Notes: a model not told the origin generated them from the sequence alone. Shown: positions 9,756-19,536, counted from the first letter of the stretch. The stretch is 64,000 nucleotides of DNA from an uncultured Actinomycetota bacterium (GCA_963768475.1 CAVYHY010000004.1:374400-438399); one strand, 5' to 3'. Made by a program: numbers and translations.

Positions 9756-10520
9756 ATGATTCTCGACGCGTTTTCCCTCGCGGGAAAGAGGGCCCTGGTC
9801 ACCGGGGCGGGGCGCGGCATCGGCCGGGCATACGCGCTCGCGCTCGCTGAAGCGGGTGCCGACGTCGCCGTCCTGGATCGTTCCGGCGCCGCCGACACGG
9901 CCGCCGAGATCGCCGACCTCGGGCGCACGTCGCTCGCGGTCGATGCCGACCTCCTCGAGGCGAGCCCAGGTGACCTTGACGACGCAGTTCAGCGGGTCGT
10001 GGATGAGCTTGGCGGACTAGACATTCTGGTGAACAACGCCGGGATCATCCGGAGGGCGCCCGCTGCGGAGCATCCGGCCGAGGACTGGAGCGCCGTGCTC
10101 CAGATCAACCTCAGTGCGGTGTTCTTCCTGTCGCAGTCGGCGGGCCGGCACATGCTCGAGGCTGGTCGCGGCTCCATCATCAACGTCGCGTCGATGCTCT
10201 CCTTCCAAGGCGGGATCAACGTCCCCGGCTACACCGCGACCAAGCACGGCGTCGCGGGAGTCACCAAGGCGCTCGCGAACGAGTGGGCGAGCTCGGGTAT
10301 CACGGTCAACGCGATCGCCCCCGGGTACATCGCTACCGAGAACACGGCTCCCCTCCGGGCAGACGAGAAGCGCTCCGCCGACATCCTTGCGCGCATCCCC
10401 GCCGGGAGGTGGGGTCTGCCCGAGGACCTCATGGGCACCGTGGTCTTCCTGGCCTCGGACGCCGCGCGTTACGTCAACGGGGCAGTGATCCCCGTGGATG
10501 GAGGGTGGCTTGCCCGCTGA
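9756..10520 (+). CDS. kduD: SDR, 2-dehydro-3-deoxy-D-gluconate 5-dehydrogenase (KduD-like)
   Basis: Start at ATG 9756 (MILDAFSLAGKRALVTGAGRGIGRA). Rossmann TGxxxGIG, NNAG and YTATKHGVAG catalytic Y-x3-K motifs. Locus context supports the call. Confidence 0.8.
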   Translation: MILDAFSLAGKRALVTGAGRGIGRAYALALAEAGADVAVLDRSGAADTAAEIADLGRTSLAVDADLLEASPGDLDDAVQRVVDELGGLDILVNNAGIIRRAPAAEHPAEDWSAVLQINLSAVFFLSQSAGRHMLEAGRGSIINVASMLSFQGGINVPGYTATKHGVAGVTKALANEWASSGITVNAIAPGYIATENTAPLRADEKRSADILARIPAGRWGLPEDLMGTVVFLASDAARYVNGAVIPVDGGWLAR

Positions 10521-11157
10521 CGACACCGAATTTCGTGAAGCCCTACGCCGGGCGCGCCTGGTGCCGGTCGTGGTGCTCGACGACGCTGCGGACGCGGGTT
10601 CGCTTGCCGAGGCGCTCGTCGGCGGCGGCCTTCCCGTCGCCGAGGTGACGTTTCGCACGGAAGCCGCGACCGGAGGGATCGAGCGCATGGCCGCCCGTGG
10701 AGACATGCTGGTGGGCGCTGGAACCGTGCTGACGCCGGTTCAGGTGGACATGGCGGTCGATGCTGGGGCGTCGTTTATCGTCTCTCCCGGCTTCAGCCGG
10801 GCGGTGGTCGAGCGATGCATGGAACACGGCGTGGTTGCGCTCCCCGGCGTCGTCACGGCCACCGAACTCCAGGCCGCGATCGAACTCGGGCTTTCTGCAG
10901 TGAAGTTCTTTCCGGCCGGAACATCAGGGGGTGCCGCAGCCGTCAAGGCGCTGTCGGCACCATTCGTCGGCGTGCAGTTCGTTCCGACGGGAGGCATCGG
11001 GCTCGACACGTGCCTCGACTATCTCGCGTTGCCCAGCGTTCTCGCCGTCGGCGGGTCGTGGATGGTGCCGCGCACGGCCGTTGCCGACGGCCGCTTTGAC
11101 CAGGTTCGCGAGCTGACCGCCCAGGCGGTGGCGACGGTCGCGGACCCCTCTCGATGA
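10498..11157 (+). CDS. eda: KDPG / 4-hydroxy-2-oxoglutarate aldolase
   Basis: LVPVVVLDDA, LPVAEVTFRT, GAGTVL, FIVSPG, KFFPA and VPTGGI are typical of Eda. The start is uncertain; ATG 10498 overlaps kduD by 23 nt. Confidence 0.85.
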   Translation: MEGGLPADDTEFREALRRARLVPVVVLDDAADAGSLAEALVGGGLPVAEVTFRTEAATGGIERMAARGDMLVGAGTVLTPVQVDMAVDAGASFIVSPGFSRAVVERCMEHGVVALPGVVTATELQAAIELGLSAVKFFPAGTSGGAAAVKALSAPFVGVQFVPTGGIGLDTCLDYLALPSVLAVGGSWMVPRTAVADGRFDQVRELTAQAVATVADPSR

Positions 11158-11232
11158 GCCTCGAGCTTCGCCCGTAGACTGTCCGTCGGGCCGTCAGGGA
11201 GCCGATCTCGACTCGAGGCGAGGAAGGACATC

Positions 11233-12336
11233 ATGCCAGAGATTGAGGTGAGGTCCGCGGACGCGGTCCAGTTTGACGCGGTATCGCTCGGGGAGGTCAT
11301 GCTTCGCCTGGACCCCGGAGAGGGCCGCATACGCACCGCGCGCTCCTTCCGCGTGTGGGAGGGCGGCGGCGAGTACAACGTGGCCCGCGGTCTGCGCCGG
11401 GCATTCGGACTGCGCACGGCCGTAGCGACAGCCCTCGTGGACAATGAGGTCGGACGCCTGGTTGAGGACTGCATTCTCGCCGGGGGGGTGGATACGTCGC
11501 TCGTGCAATGGGTTCCCTTCGACGGCGTCGGTCGCGCAGCGCGCAACGGCCTCAACTTCACCGAGCGCGGCTTCGGCGTCCGGGGAGCGCTCGGGGTTTC
11601 GGATCGCGGTCACACGGCGGCCTCCCTCATGGAGCCAGGGGATGTGGATTGGGATAACCTCTTCGGCCAGATCGGGGTCCGTTGGTTCCACACAGGCGGC
11701 ATCTTCGCCGCGCTCTCGGAATCGGCGGCAGCGACCGTCGTCGAAGCGGTCACGGCGGCCAAGCGCCACGGCACCGTCGTGTCCTACGACCTCAACTACC
11801 GGCCCAGCCTTTGGAAAGCCGTCGGGGGCAAGGAGCGCGCCCAGCAGGTCAACCGTGACATCGCGTCCCTCGTCGACGTGATGATCGGCAACGAGGAGGA
11901 CTTCACCGCGTGCCTCGGGTTCGACGTTCCCGGGGCAACGGCCGACCTGAGCCACGTCGAGGCGGACGCCTTCGCGTCAATGATCGAGAACGCCGCGAGG
12001 GAGTATCCCAATTTCGCCGTGATCGCGACGACGCTCCGCGGAGTTGTCACGGCAACCGTGAACGACTGGGGCGCTATCGCGTGGTCGCGGAAGTCGGGTT
12101 TCGCCACCGCAACGGAAAGGCCGGGGCTCGAGATCCTCGACCGAGTTGGCGGCGGCGATTCCTTCGCCTCGGGCCTGATCTGCGCGCTGATCGAGGGCCA
12201 GGACCTCCCGACGGCGGTGGAGTGGGGCGCCGCGCACGGCGCGCTTGCCATGACGACGCCAGGCGACACGACCATGGCGACGCGGGCGGACGTGGCGAAA
12301 CTTGCCGAGGGCGGCGGCGCGCGCGTCGTGCGGTAG
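11233..12336 (+). CDS. kdgK: PfkB-family sugar kinase, 2-dehydro-3-deoxygluconokinase-like
   Basis: 367-aa ORF with SLGEVMLRLDPGEGRI, GGGEYNVARGL and C-terminal GGGDSFASGL plus AAHGALAMTTPGD (PfkB signatures). Confidence 0.8.
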   Translation: MPEIEVRSADAVQFDAVSLGEVMLRLDPGEGRIRTARSFRVWEGGGEYNVARGLRRAFGLRTAVATALVDNEVGRLVEDCILAGGVDTSLVQWVPFDGVGRAARNGLNFTERGFGVRGALGVSDRGHTAASLMEPGDVDWDNLFGQIGVRWFHTGGIFAALSESAAATVVEAVTAAKRHGTVVSYDLNYRPSLWKAVGGKERAQQVNRDIASLVDVMIGNEEDFTACLGFDVPGATADLSHVEADAFASMIENAAREYPNFAVIATTLRGVVTATVNDWGAIAWSRKSGFATATERPGLEILDRVGGGDSFASGLICALIEGQDLPTAVEWGAAHGALAMTTPGDTTMATRADVAKLAEGGGARVVR

Positions 12337-12429
12337 GCGACGCGCATGCGCTCGCGGAGGCGTGCGTGACCGTCTCCGCGACGTCGGACCAGCTCTACGG
12401 CCCGTGGTGAGGCTCTCGACCGCCGCCCG

Positions 12430-14259
12430 CTAGTTGTCCGCCAGCACGATGCGCATGCGCGAGGTGGCGGTCCCGTCGGGGTTGATCGATCCCGAGATGC
12501 CGAACGCCGCGAAGTCCTCGATGGCATCGATGGCATCGCGGCTGAGGTCGCCGCCCTGGTCGTCGATCAGGTCGAGGAGGCCCTGCACGGAAAGGTACAT
12601 CGCCACCGTTGCCGAGCCGGCGTCGGGGAGCGCCTTGTGGAACTCGGGGAGATCCGCAAGCGAATCGGAAGCGTCAACCGACACGTCGTCGATGTAGTCG
12701 CCGCGACCGATGACCAGCCGCGAATCGTCGTCTGCCGTGACGATCTCGAGGTCAGCCTCGCGAAGCGTGTCCTTGTCGAGCAACTCGTCGACGGCGTCCT
12801 CCGTGGCACCGATGTCCTGGGACCGGACGATGAGCGCCATCCGGGGGTCGTTGCAGTCGTCGTAGTAGTTGTCGAGGTCGAAACCGTCGCAATCCAGCGT
12901 GCCGTCCATCGAGAAGATGACTCCCCTGCCGAACGCGGCGTTGAACTCGTCCGGGATATCCAGGTTGACCGCGTCCTCGATGGTGCTGCGAAGGTCCTCG
13001 GTCCACGCCGACACGAGGTCGTCGTAGCTGACGTCCGAGCTGTATTCGCCGGTCAACGAGGAGTACATGTCTTCCGCGTAGTAGCTCCCACCGGTGAACA
13101 GCGATTCGGCCAGGCCGGATGCCAGCGTCTCGGGGGTGAGGCCCGTCTCGAAGAGGCTACCCATCTGTTCAAGCGAGAAGGCCATCGCGGTGGTGTCGGG
13201 AAGAGCGCCGATGTCGCCGATGGCGTTGCCCCCGGCCTTGAGGGACGGCGAGGCGCCGGTCCCCGAGGAATACGACTGAATCTCGAGGCCGTCGTCGAAG
13301 GCGCGCACAACGGTGGCCTGGCCCGAGTTCATGGGAATGTCGTCGAGCGCGTCCGCCAGGATCTTGCTTGCGCCGCGATCGGAGTCGTGAACCCAGTCGA
13401 TCATCGCCTCGGTCGTCGCGTACGGGCTGTACCAGTAGCTCGCCAGCCCGCGTGACCCGAGCTTGCCCGCCGATTCCTTGAACGCAGGCTGGTCGGCAAG
13501 GACGCCGTCGCTGAAGGCGTCGTCGAGATCGAGATCCTCGTGGGCGACGATGATGTAGCCGTTCCGCGCCTCCACCTGGAGGTCTCGCGCAGCGTCGCCA
13601 AGCGCGTCGTCGAGGAACTCCTCAACGGCGTCGACGCCCTTCTCGTCGTTACGCGACTCGATGACGACGATCCACGACGTGTCGACGTCACCCTGGTCTC
13701 CTACGAGGCCGATCGCGAGACGTCCTCCGAGCCACGGAGCAATGTCGTCGTCGTATCGCAGATTGGTATCGATGTCGAGCCCATCGACGAGGTTGTCCCA
13801 GAGGATGGGACGGAGCTCGGTGCCGGGCTTGTCGAAGTATGTGACGTCCGAGTCCGTCGAGTCGATGAGGTCTTTCATCCCGTTGAGGCGCTTGCCGAGC
13901 TGCACCAGGAGAAGCTTCTGTTGCGTTGACGGCTCAATGGAGAATTCGGCCATCATCACCGTGTGAGCTGGCAACGCCTTCGAAGAGTCGGCGACGCCGC
14001 CGTCGCTGCCGAGGAAGGTCGAATACACCGCCCACGCTCCGACACCGAGCACCAGGACCACTCCGACCGCGACGCCGACGATGATCATCGTCGTGCGGGA
14101 GATCCGGCCGCTCAGGCCCTTCAGCATGCCTTTGGGCGTGCCCTTCGGGAAACTCTTGGGCAGACGGTCGCGGAACCCGGCCCACCAGAGGGAGAGGGTG
14201 CCGGTTTCTGCTGGCGGCGTGGGCGGAGTCGAAGGCGTGGGTGCGGGCTTTTCAGGCAT
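12430..14259 (-). CDS. Membrane-anchored acidic protein, DUF3352-like
   Basis: Start set at M50 of the ORF (MPEKPAPTPS; RBS gagggggaa upstream). Pro-rich N-terminus, one TM segment (IIVGVAVGVVLVLGVGAWAV), then a large Asp-rich domain. Family name is from memory only. Confidence 0.65.
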   Translation of the reverse strand: MPEKPAPTPSTPPTPPAETGTLSLWWAGFRDRLPKSFPKGTPKGMLKGLSGRISRTTMIIVGVAVGVVLVLGVGAWAVYSTFLGSDGGVADSSKALPAHTVMMAEFSIEPSTQQKLLLVQLGKRLNGMKDLIDSTDSDVTYFDKPGTELRPILWDNLVDGLDIDTNLRYDDDIAPWLGGRLAIGLVGDQGDVDTSWIVVIESRNDEKGVDAVEEFLDDALGDAARDLQVEARNGYIIVAHEDLDLDDAFSDGVLADQPAFKESAGKLGSRGLASYWYSPYATTEAMIDWVHDSDRGASKILADALDDIPMNSGQATVVRAFDDGLEIQSYSSGTGASPSLKAGGNAIGDIGALPDTTAMAFSLEQMGSLFETGLTPETLASGLAESLFTGGSYYAEDMYSSLTGEYSSDVSYDDLVSAWTEDLRSTIEDAVNLDIPDEFNAAFGRGVIFSMDGTLDCDGFDLDNYYDDCNDPRMALIVRSQDIGATEDAVDELLDKDTLREADLEIVTADDDSRLVIGRGDYIDDVSVDASDSLADLPEFHKALPDAGSATVAMYLSVQGLLDLIDDQGGDLSRDAIDAIEDFAAFGISGSINPDGTATSRMRIVLADN

Positions 14260-14444
14260 GGAATTTTCCCCCTCAGGGCGTTGCGCCGGTTGCGCGCCAA
14301 TGTACCGCTCCCGGGTGGTGGCGGCAATTCGAACGGATAGCAGACAAAGGCGGTGCTCAAGGCGGCCGTTCCGCATGCCGATGACACACCTGCGGGGCTG
14401 ACGCATGCCCGCGCTCGCGCGACATACGGACGAGGAGGGCGGAA

Positions 14445-15251
14445 GTGGAGCAAACGGACGCCGTGCCTGCGTCGCGCCGCGAACGACGCGCGTCGAGCGC
14501 CGAGGAGCGCCGCCGGTTCCGCGTGCGCGCCGCCTGGGTCGTTCTGGTGTCCGGGGTCTCGGGGCTCGCTGTCGGCGCGGTCTCGACGTCGGTGTATGCG
14601 TCGACCAACCCCGCTGATGCGCCCGCAGCCTCTCCCTCGCTCGCCGCGGCGACTATCCCGCCGATCATCGCGCCGGGAGGCCGCGTGGAGGTGTCGGTCG
14701 AGACCGTCGAGACGACACTTGAGCCAGAGTCCATCGAACGACCTGACCCGAACGTTCCTGCCGGATACCGCAAGGTCGTGAGCACGGGCGATCCGGGCAT
14801 CCAAGTCGCGACGTACGCGGTAACCACGGTTGACGGGGTCGAGACCGACCGGCAGCTTCTCGCGAGCGTCGTCGAAAAGGAGCCGACGCACGACGTCGTG
14901 GGCGTGGGAACGTTGAAAGTCCCGTCGCGTCCGGCCATAGTCCCCGGCTCGAATCGCGACATCGGACAACAGATCGCCGCGACGTACGGGTGGACCGGGA
15001 TCGAATGGCAATGCCTCGACAATCTATTCGAACGCGAGTCGAACTGGCGCCACTTGGTCGCGAACCCCTCCTCCGGCGCCTACGGCATCCCCCAGGCTCT
15101 TCCCGCGAGCAAGATGGCCTCGGCAGGAGCGGACTGGCAGACCAACCCCGCGACCCAGATCACGTGGGGCCTGGGGTACATCAAGGGTCGCTATGGCACC
15201 CCGTGCGGCGCGTGGGCCGCGTGGACGTACCGTTCGCCGCACTGGTACTGA
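14445..15251 (+). CDS. Secreted G5-domain protein with C-terminal lytic-transglycosylase-like domain
   Basis: GTG start with RBS gaggaggg. TM/signal segment, then a G5-like segment (PAGYRKVVSTGDPGIQVATYAVTTVDGVETDRQLLASVVEKEPTHDVVGVGT). C-terminus: ERESNWRHLVANPSSGAYGIPQALP. Confidence 0.8.
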   Translation: MEQTDAVPASRRERRASSAEERRRFRVRAAWVVLVSGVSGLAVGAVSTSVYASTNPADAPAASPSLAAATIPPIIAPGGRVEVSVETVETTLEPESIERPDPNVPAGYRKVVSTGDPGIQVATYAVTTVDGVETDRQLLASVVEKEPTHDVVGVGTLKVPSRPAIVPGSNRDIGQQIAATYGWTGIEWQCLDNLFERESNWRHLVANPSSGAYGIPQALPASKMASAGADWQTNPATQITWGLGYIKGRYGTPCGAWAAWTYRSPHWY

Positions 15252-16126
15252 TGGCGCGCCTCCTCGGACCGACCGACATCCGTCGCCTCGCGGACAGCCT
15301 CGACCTGCGTCCCGCGAAACACCTCGGGCAGAACTTCGTCCTCGACGCCGGGACGGTGCGCCGCATCGCCAAGGCGTCCAAGATCGGTCCAGGCGAGCAC
15401 GTGATAGAGGTGGGGCCTGGGCTCGGATCGTTGACGCTCGCGCTCCTGGAGACCGGAGCTTTCGTCACCGCCATCGAGATCGATTCCCGGCTCGCCGCCG
15501 CGCTCCCCGCGATCGTCGCCGAACGCGCCCCGGAGGAGTCGCCGCGCCTCGCCGTCGTCGAGGCGGACGCCGTTCACGTCGAAGCCGTAGCCGTCGCCGC
15601 CGTTCGCGCCGCACCTCCGACGGCGCTCGTCGCGAACCTCCCGTACAACGTGGCCGTTCCCGTCATCCTCCACGCCCTCGAGACCTTCCCGACGCTCGAG
15701 CGCGTGCTCGTCATGGTGCAGGCGGAGGTGGCCGACCGGATCGTCGCGCCGCCGGGTTCGCGAACCTATGGAATCCCGTCCGCGAAGGTCGCGTGGTACG
15801 GCGCGGCACGCCGCGCCGGGGATATCGGCCGAGCGGCCTTCTGGCCCGTCCCCCGCGTCGACAGCGCCCTCGTTCTCGTCGAAAGGCGCGAACCACCCGT
15901 GACGACGGCCTCCCGCGAGGAGGTGTTCGGCGTGATCAACAAGGCGTTCGCTCAGCGTCGCAAGGCGCTCCGCGGGACGGTGCGAACCCTCGCCGGGTCG
16001 CCGGAAGCTGGCGACGCGGCGCTGGAACGCGCGGGCATCGCTCCGCTCGCGCGCGGGGAGACGCTCGGAATTGCCCAGTTCGCGCGCCTCGCCGAAGCGA
16101 TCGCCGACTTTCGCGCCGGTTCCTGA
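15251..16126 (+). CDS. rsmA: 16S rRNA (adenine1518/1519-N6)-dimethyltransferase
   Basis: ATG 15251 overlaps the upstream TGA. MARLLGPTDIRRLADSLDLRPAKHLGQNFVLD and VIEVGPGLGSLT (SAM motif). Confidence 0.92.
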   Translation: MARLLGPTDIRRLADSLDLRPAKHLGQNFVLDAGTVRRIAKASKIGPGEHVIEVGPGLGSLTLALLETGAFVTAIEIDSRLAAALPAIVAERAPEESPRLAVVEADAVHVEAVAVAAVRAAPPTALVANLPYNVAVPVILHALETFPTLERVLVMVQAEVADRIVAPPGSRTYGIPSAKVAWYGAARRAGDIGRAAFWPVPRVDSALVLVERREPPVTTASREEVFGVINKAFAQRRKALRGTVRTLAGSPEAGDAALERAGIAPLARGETLGIAQFARLAEAIADFRAGS

Positions 16127-16143
16127 TCTGGCACGGTGGGGGC

Positions 16144-17100
16144 ATGACCTCGCCGGAGTATCCGCGATTGGTCGCCGCTCGAGCCCCGGCGAAAGTCAAT
16201 CTGCGGCTCGCGGTCGGCGCGCGCGCGGACGACGGGTATCACCCGCTCGCCACGGTCTTCCAGGCGGTCGCTCTGTGGGAGATCGTCGTCGCGACCCCTC
16301 GCGCCGACGGCGAGGTCACGGTGACCATGGACGTCCAGCCCACCATTCACGTCGCGAAGGACACCGTGCCCCTCGACGAAACGAACCTCGCCGTTCGCGC
16401 GGCGCGGGCCGTCATGGAGCGTTACAACGTGGACGCCGGCGTTGACCTCCGCATCGTCAAGGGCGTCCCGGTCGCCGGAGGAATGGCGGGGGGTAGCGCC
16501 GACGCGGCGGCCGCGCTCGTCGCCTGCTCGGAGGCGTTCGGAACGGGAGCGACGCGTTCCGAACTCACCGAGATCGCCGCGACGCTTGGCGCGGACGTTC
16601 CCTTCGCCCTACATGGACATACGGCCGTGGGGAGGGGGCGCGGGGACGAGCTGACGCCCGCCCTGACGCGAGGAGAGTTCCACTGGGTGTTCGCGACCCG
16701 CGCCGAGGGACTGTCCACGGCGACGGTGTACGCCCAGTTCGATCGCTCCGTCGAGGAGGGCGACCGCGAGGCCACGTCGCCGACGCTCGACGACGAACTG
16801 ATGATGGGTCTCAGGGCAGGCGACGCGACCGTCGTCGGTGCGCGCCTCGCGAACGATCTCCAGGACGCGGCGCTCGTGCTCGCCCCGCACCTTTCCGAGA
16901 CGCTCGACGTCGCGCGCGAGGCGGGGGCGCTCGGCGCGATGATCTCTGGTTCGGGACCAACCGTCGCGGCGCTCGGGCGCTCGCGTCAGCACGCGCTCGC
17001 CATCGCAGCTGCGATCAGCGCGGCCGACGTCGCGGACGCGGTTCTCGTGGCGTCCGGGCCGGCCAGCGGCGCCGCGCTTGTCGCGGTCGAGGACGCCTAG
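16144..17100 (+). CDS. ispE: 4-(cytidine 5'-diphospho)-2-C-methyl-D-erythritol kinase
   Basis: Start at ATG 16144 (MTSPEYPRLVAARAPAKVNLRLAVG). GHMP kinase motif VPVAGGMAGGSADAAA. Confidence 0.92.
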   Translation: MTSPEYPRLVAARAPAKVNLRLAVGARADDGYHPLATVFQAVALWEIVVATPRADGEVTVTMDVQPTIHVAKDTVPLDETNLAVRAARAVMERYNVDAGVDLRIVKGVPVAGGMAGGSADAAAALVACSEAFGTGATRSELTEIAATLGADVPFALHGHTAVGRGRGDELTPALTRGEFHWVFATRAEGLSTATVYAQFDRSVEEGDREATSPTLDDELMMGLRAGDATVVGARLANDLQDAALVLAPHLSETLDVAREAGALGAMISGSGPTVAALGRSRQHALAIAAAISAADVADAVLVASGPASGAALVAVEDA

Positions 17101-17705
17101 TTCGCGGCTTCGGAGGGGTCGAGCGTGGGCCTGCGCTCGAGAGCTGACAGCCCGTTCCACGCGAGATTCACCAGGTGAGACGCGACGACCTTCTTCGACG
17201 GCTCGCGGACCTCGGCCCAGTGTTGCCCGGTCAGCGCGACCATGCCCACGAGCATCTGCGAGTAGATCGGCGCCACGGACGGATCGAGCCCGCGCTTCTT
17301 GAATTGCGCCGCGAGAAGGCCCTCGACCTGGGTGGCGACGTCGCCGATCAGGCTCGAGAACGTCCCCGACGCCTGCGCGACGGGAGAGTCGCGCACGAGG
17401 ATGCGGAATCCGTCGGGCGAATCCTCGATATAACCGAGAAGGGCGAGCGCCGCGCGCTGCACGTGCTGCTTGGGGTGGCCGCGCTTCGACAGCGCGCCGG
17501 TCAGCGCACCGAGGAGCGCTTGCACCTCGCGGTCGACAATGACCGCGTACATGCCCTCCTTGCCGCCGAAGTGCTCGTAGACGACGGGCTTGGACACGTC
17601 GGCCCGTGCCGCGATTTCCTCGACCGACGTTCCGTCGAAGCCTCGTTCGGCAAACAGGGAACGGCCGACGGCGAGCAGTTGTTCGCGTCGGTCGCGGGCG
17701 GTCAT
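17097..17705 (-). CDS. TetR-family transcriptional regulator
   Basis: 202-aa C-terminal part of the 483-aa track ORF, starting MTARDRREQLLAVGRSLFAERGFDGTSVEEIAARADVSKPVVYEHFGGKEG (TetR HTH). The upstream part of the ORF is antisense to tRNA-Gln/glmU and not credible. Confidence 0.88.
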   Translation of the reverse strand: MTARDRREQLLAVGRSLFAERGFDGTSVEEIAARADVSKPVVYEHFGGKEGMYAVIVDREVQALLGALTGALSKRGHPKQHVQRAALALLGYIEDSPDGFRILVRDSPVAQASGTFSSLIGDVATQVEGLLAAQFKKRGLDPSVAPIYSQMLVGMVALTGQHWAEVREPSKKVVASHLVNLAWNGLSALERRPTLDPSEAAN

Positions 17706-17736
17706 TCGGGAACGGGGAGGTCGCTTTGGTTGGGCT

Positions 17737-17755
17737 GGCACGCTCTTAGTGTGCC
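17737..17755. promoter_or_regulatory. Imperfect 19-bp palindrome GGCACGCT-CTT-AGTGTGCC upstream of the TetR gene; candidate autoregulatory operator
   Basis: Read directly. 7 of 8 arm positions are complementary. Lies 32 nt upstream of the TetR start codon. Confidence 0.3.
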
Positions 17756-17798
17756 CCGAATCCTGGCAGACTGCTCTCCTGGGCCTTCGAGGCGACGG

Positions 17799-17873
17799 TC
17801 CGCCCTGGTGTAATGGCAGCATGCAGGCCTTTGGAGCCTTGCGGTTCAGGTTCGAATCCTGAGGGCGGAGCCA
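17799..17873 (+). tRNA. tRNA-Gln (anticodon TTG)
   Basis: Hand-folded cloverleaf of 75 nt. Acceptor TCCGCCC/GGGCGGA, anticodon loop CTTTGGA, T-arm TCAGG-TTCGAAT-CCTGA, encoded CCA. Confidence 0.85.
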
Positions 17874-17952
17874 GCAGTTCACCCCCCGACGGGCCCGGTA
17901 GAGTGGGACCCGACGACATTGGCGCCGAACCGGGCACGAGCGAGGGGGCCTC

Positions 17953-19536
17953 TTGAGCGACGAGCGACCTGCCGCTGTCATAGTCCTCGCGGCAGGAGCG
18001 GGGACGCGCATGAAGTCCGCGCTACCCAAGGTTCTCCATTCGGTGGCGGGACGCTCGCTCCTGCACCACGTTCTCGCCGCAGCTGCGGACGTCAACCCCG
18101 AGCGCACCGTCGTCGTTGTTCGACACGAGGCGGAACTCGTCTCGGCCCACGTGCGCGACGTCGCCCCGAGCGCGTTGATCGCGGACCAGGACGAGATCCC
18201 CGGCACCGGACGCGCCGTGTGGAGCGCGCTGACGGCCCTCGACGCCGCGGCGGGCGCCGCGCTTGCAGCAGCCGGTTCGCGGAGCACCACCGAGGTTTCC
18301 GCGGCCAAGGTCACCGGACCCCTCCTCGTCACGTCGGGCGACGTCCCGCTGATGGACGGTGGAACGCTCGCCGCGCTCGCAGCGTCCCACAGGGCGGACG
18401 GAAGTGCGGCCACCGTTCTCACGACGGTGATCGAGGATCCGACGGGGTACGGGCGGGTCGTGCGTGATCCGAAGACGGGAGACGTCGCCCGCATCGTCGA
18501 GGAGGCGGACGCGACCGAGGCCGAGCGCGAGATCGCCGAGATCAACACGGGAACCTACGTGTTCGACGCGGACGCCCTTCGCACCGCGCTCGCGGGCCTT
18601 GGACGCGAGAACGCACAGGGCGAGATGTACCTCACCGACGTCGTCACGTCCATCCGCGAGGCAGGGGGAACCGTCCGCGCGGTGATCCTCGAGGACTCGG
18701 CGGCTGCCGAAGGCGTCAACGACCGCGTCCAGTTGGCGCGGGCGGGCGCGGAGATCAACGCCCGGATCCTAGAGAAGTGGATGATCGAGGGCGTGACGAT
18801 CGTCGACCCGTCGACCACGTGGATCGACGCCGGAGTGACGCTGTCCACCGACGTGACGATTCTTCCGGGGACGCAGCTGCTCGGCACGACGACCATCGCG
18901 TCCGGATGCACGGTTGGTCCCGACTCCACGCTGACCAACGTCATCGTCGCCGAGGGCGCCACCGTCATTCGCACGCACGGTACGGACGCGATCATCGGCT
19001 CCGGCGCGACGGTCGGCCCGTTCTCGTATCTCCGGCCGGGAACGAACCTGGGGCGCGACGGCAAGATCGGCGCGTTCGTCGAGACCAAGAACGCGCATAT
19101 CGGACGGGGCTCCAAGGTTCCGCACCTGTCGTACGTCGGCGACGCGACCGTCGGCGAGGGCTCGAACATCGGTGCCGCGACCATCTTCGTGAATTACGAC
19201 GGCGTGACCAAGCACCACACCACGGTGGGCGACCATGTGCGCATCGGCTCGGACAACACCCTGATCGCGCCGGTAACGATCGGCGACGGGGCGTACACGG
19301 GCGCGGGGGCGATCATCCGTCACGACGTGCCGGCAGGCGCGCTCGGCATGAACTCCGCCCCGCAGCAAACGATCGAGGGGTGGGTGGAGCGCCGCAGGCC
19401 GGGCACGCCAGCAGCCAAGGCGGCCGCGGCTGCTGCCGACGCCGCGACGAAGCCCGAGGCGTTGTCACCGGGGGCTCAGAAGGAACAGAAGGAGAGGGCC
19501 GCAGCCAAGCGGTCCGAGGCCAAGGGAGAAAAATGA
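17953..19536 (+). CDS. glmU: Bifunctional UDP-GlcNAc pyrophosphorylase / GlcN-1-P N-acetyltransferase
   Basis: TTG start. AAVIVLAAGAGTRMKSALPKVLH, left-handed beta-helix hexapeptide repeats, and an Ala/Lys-rich C-terminal tail. Confidence 0.92.
   Translation: MSDERPAAVIVLAAGAGTRMKSALPKVLHSVAGRSLLHHVLAAAADVNPERTVVVVRHEAELVSAHVRDVAPSALIADQDEIPGTGRAVWSALTALDAAAGAALAAAGSRSTTEVSAAKVTGPLLVTSGDVPLMDGGTLAALAASHRADGSAATVLTTVIEDPTGYGRVVRDPKTGDVARIVEEADATEAEREIAEINTGTYVFDADALRTALAGLGRENAQGEMYLTDVVTSIREAGGTVRAVILEDSAAAEGVNDRVQLARAGAEINARILEKWMIEGVTIVDPSTTWIDAGVTLSTDVTILPGTQLLGTTTIASGCTVGPDSTLTNVIVAEGATVIRTHGTDAIIGSGATVGPFSYLRPGTNLGRDGKIGAFVETKNAHIGRGSKVPHLSYVGDATVGEGSNIGAATIFVNYDGVTKHHTTVGDHVRIGSDNTLIAPVTIGDGAYTGAGAIIRHDVPAGALGMNSAPQQTIEGWVERRRPGTPAAKAAAAAADAATKPEALSPGAQKEQKERAAAKRSEAKGEK

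Noticed and set aside
14260-14444. Possible c-di-AMP (ydaO-type) riboswitch in the 5' leader of the G5/transglycosylase gene, as seen upstream of rpf-type genes in other actinobacteria.
   Set aside because: I could not recognise the conserved ydaO core sequences with any confidence, only vague resemblance around 14375-14405. It needs a covariance-model scan and is not reported as a feature.
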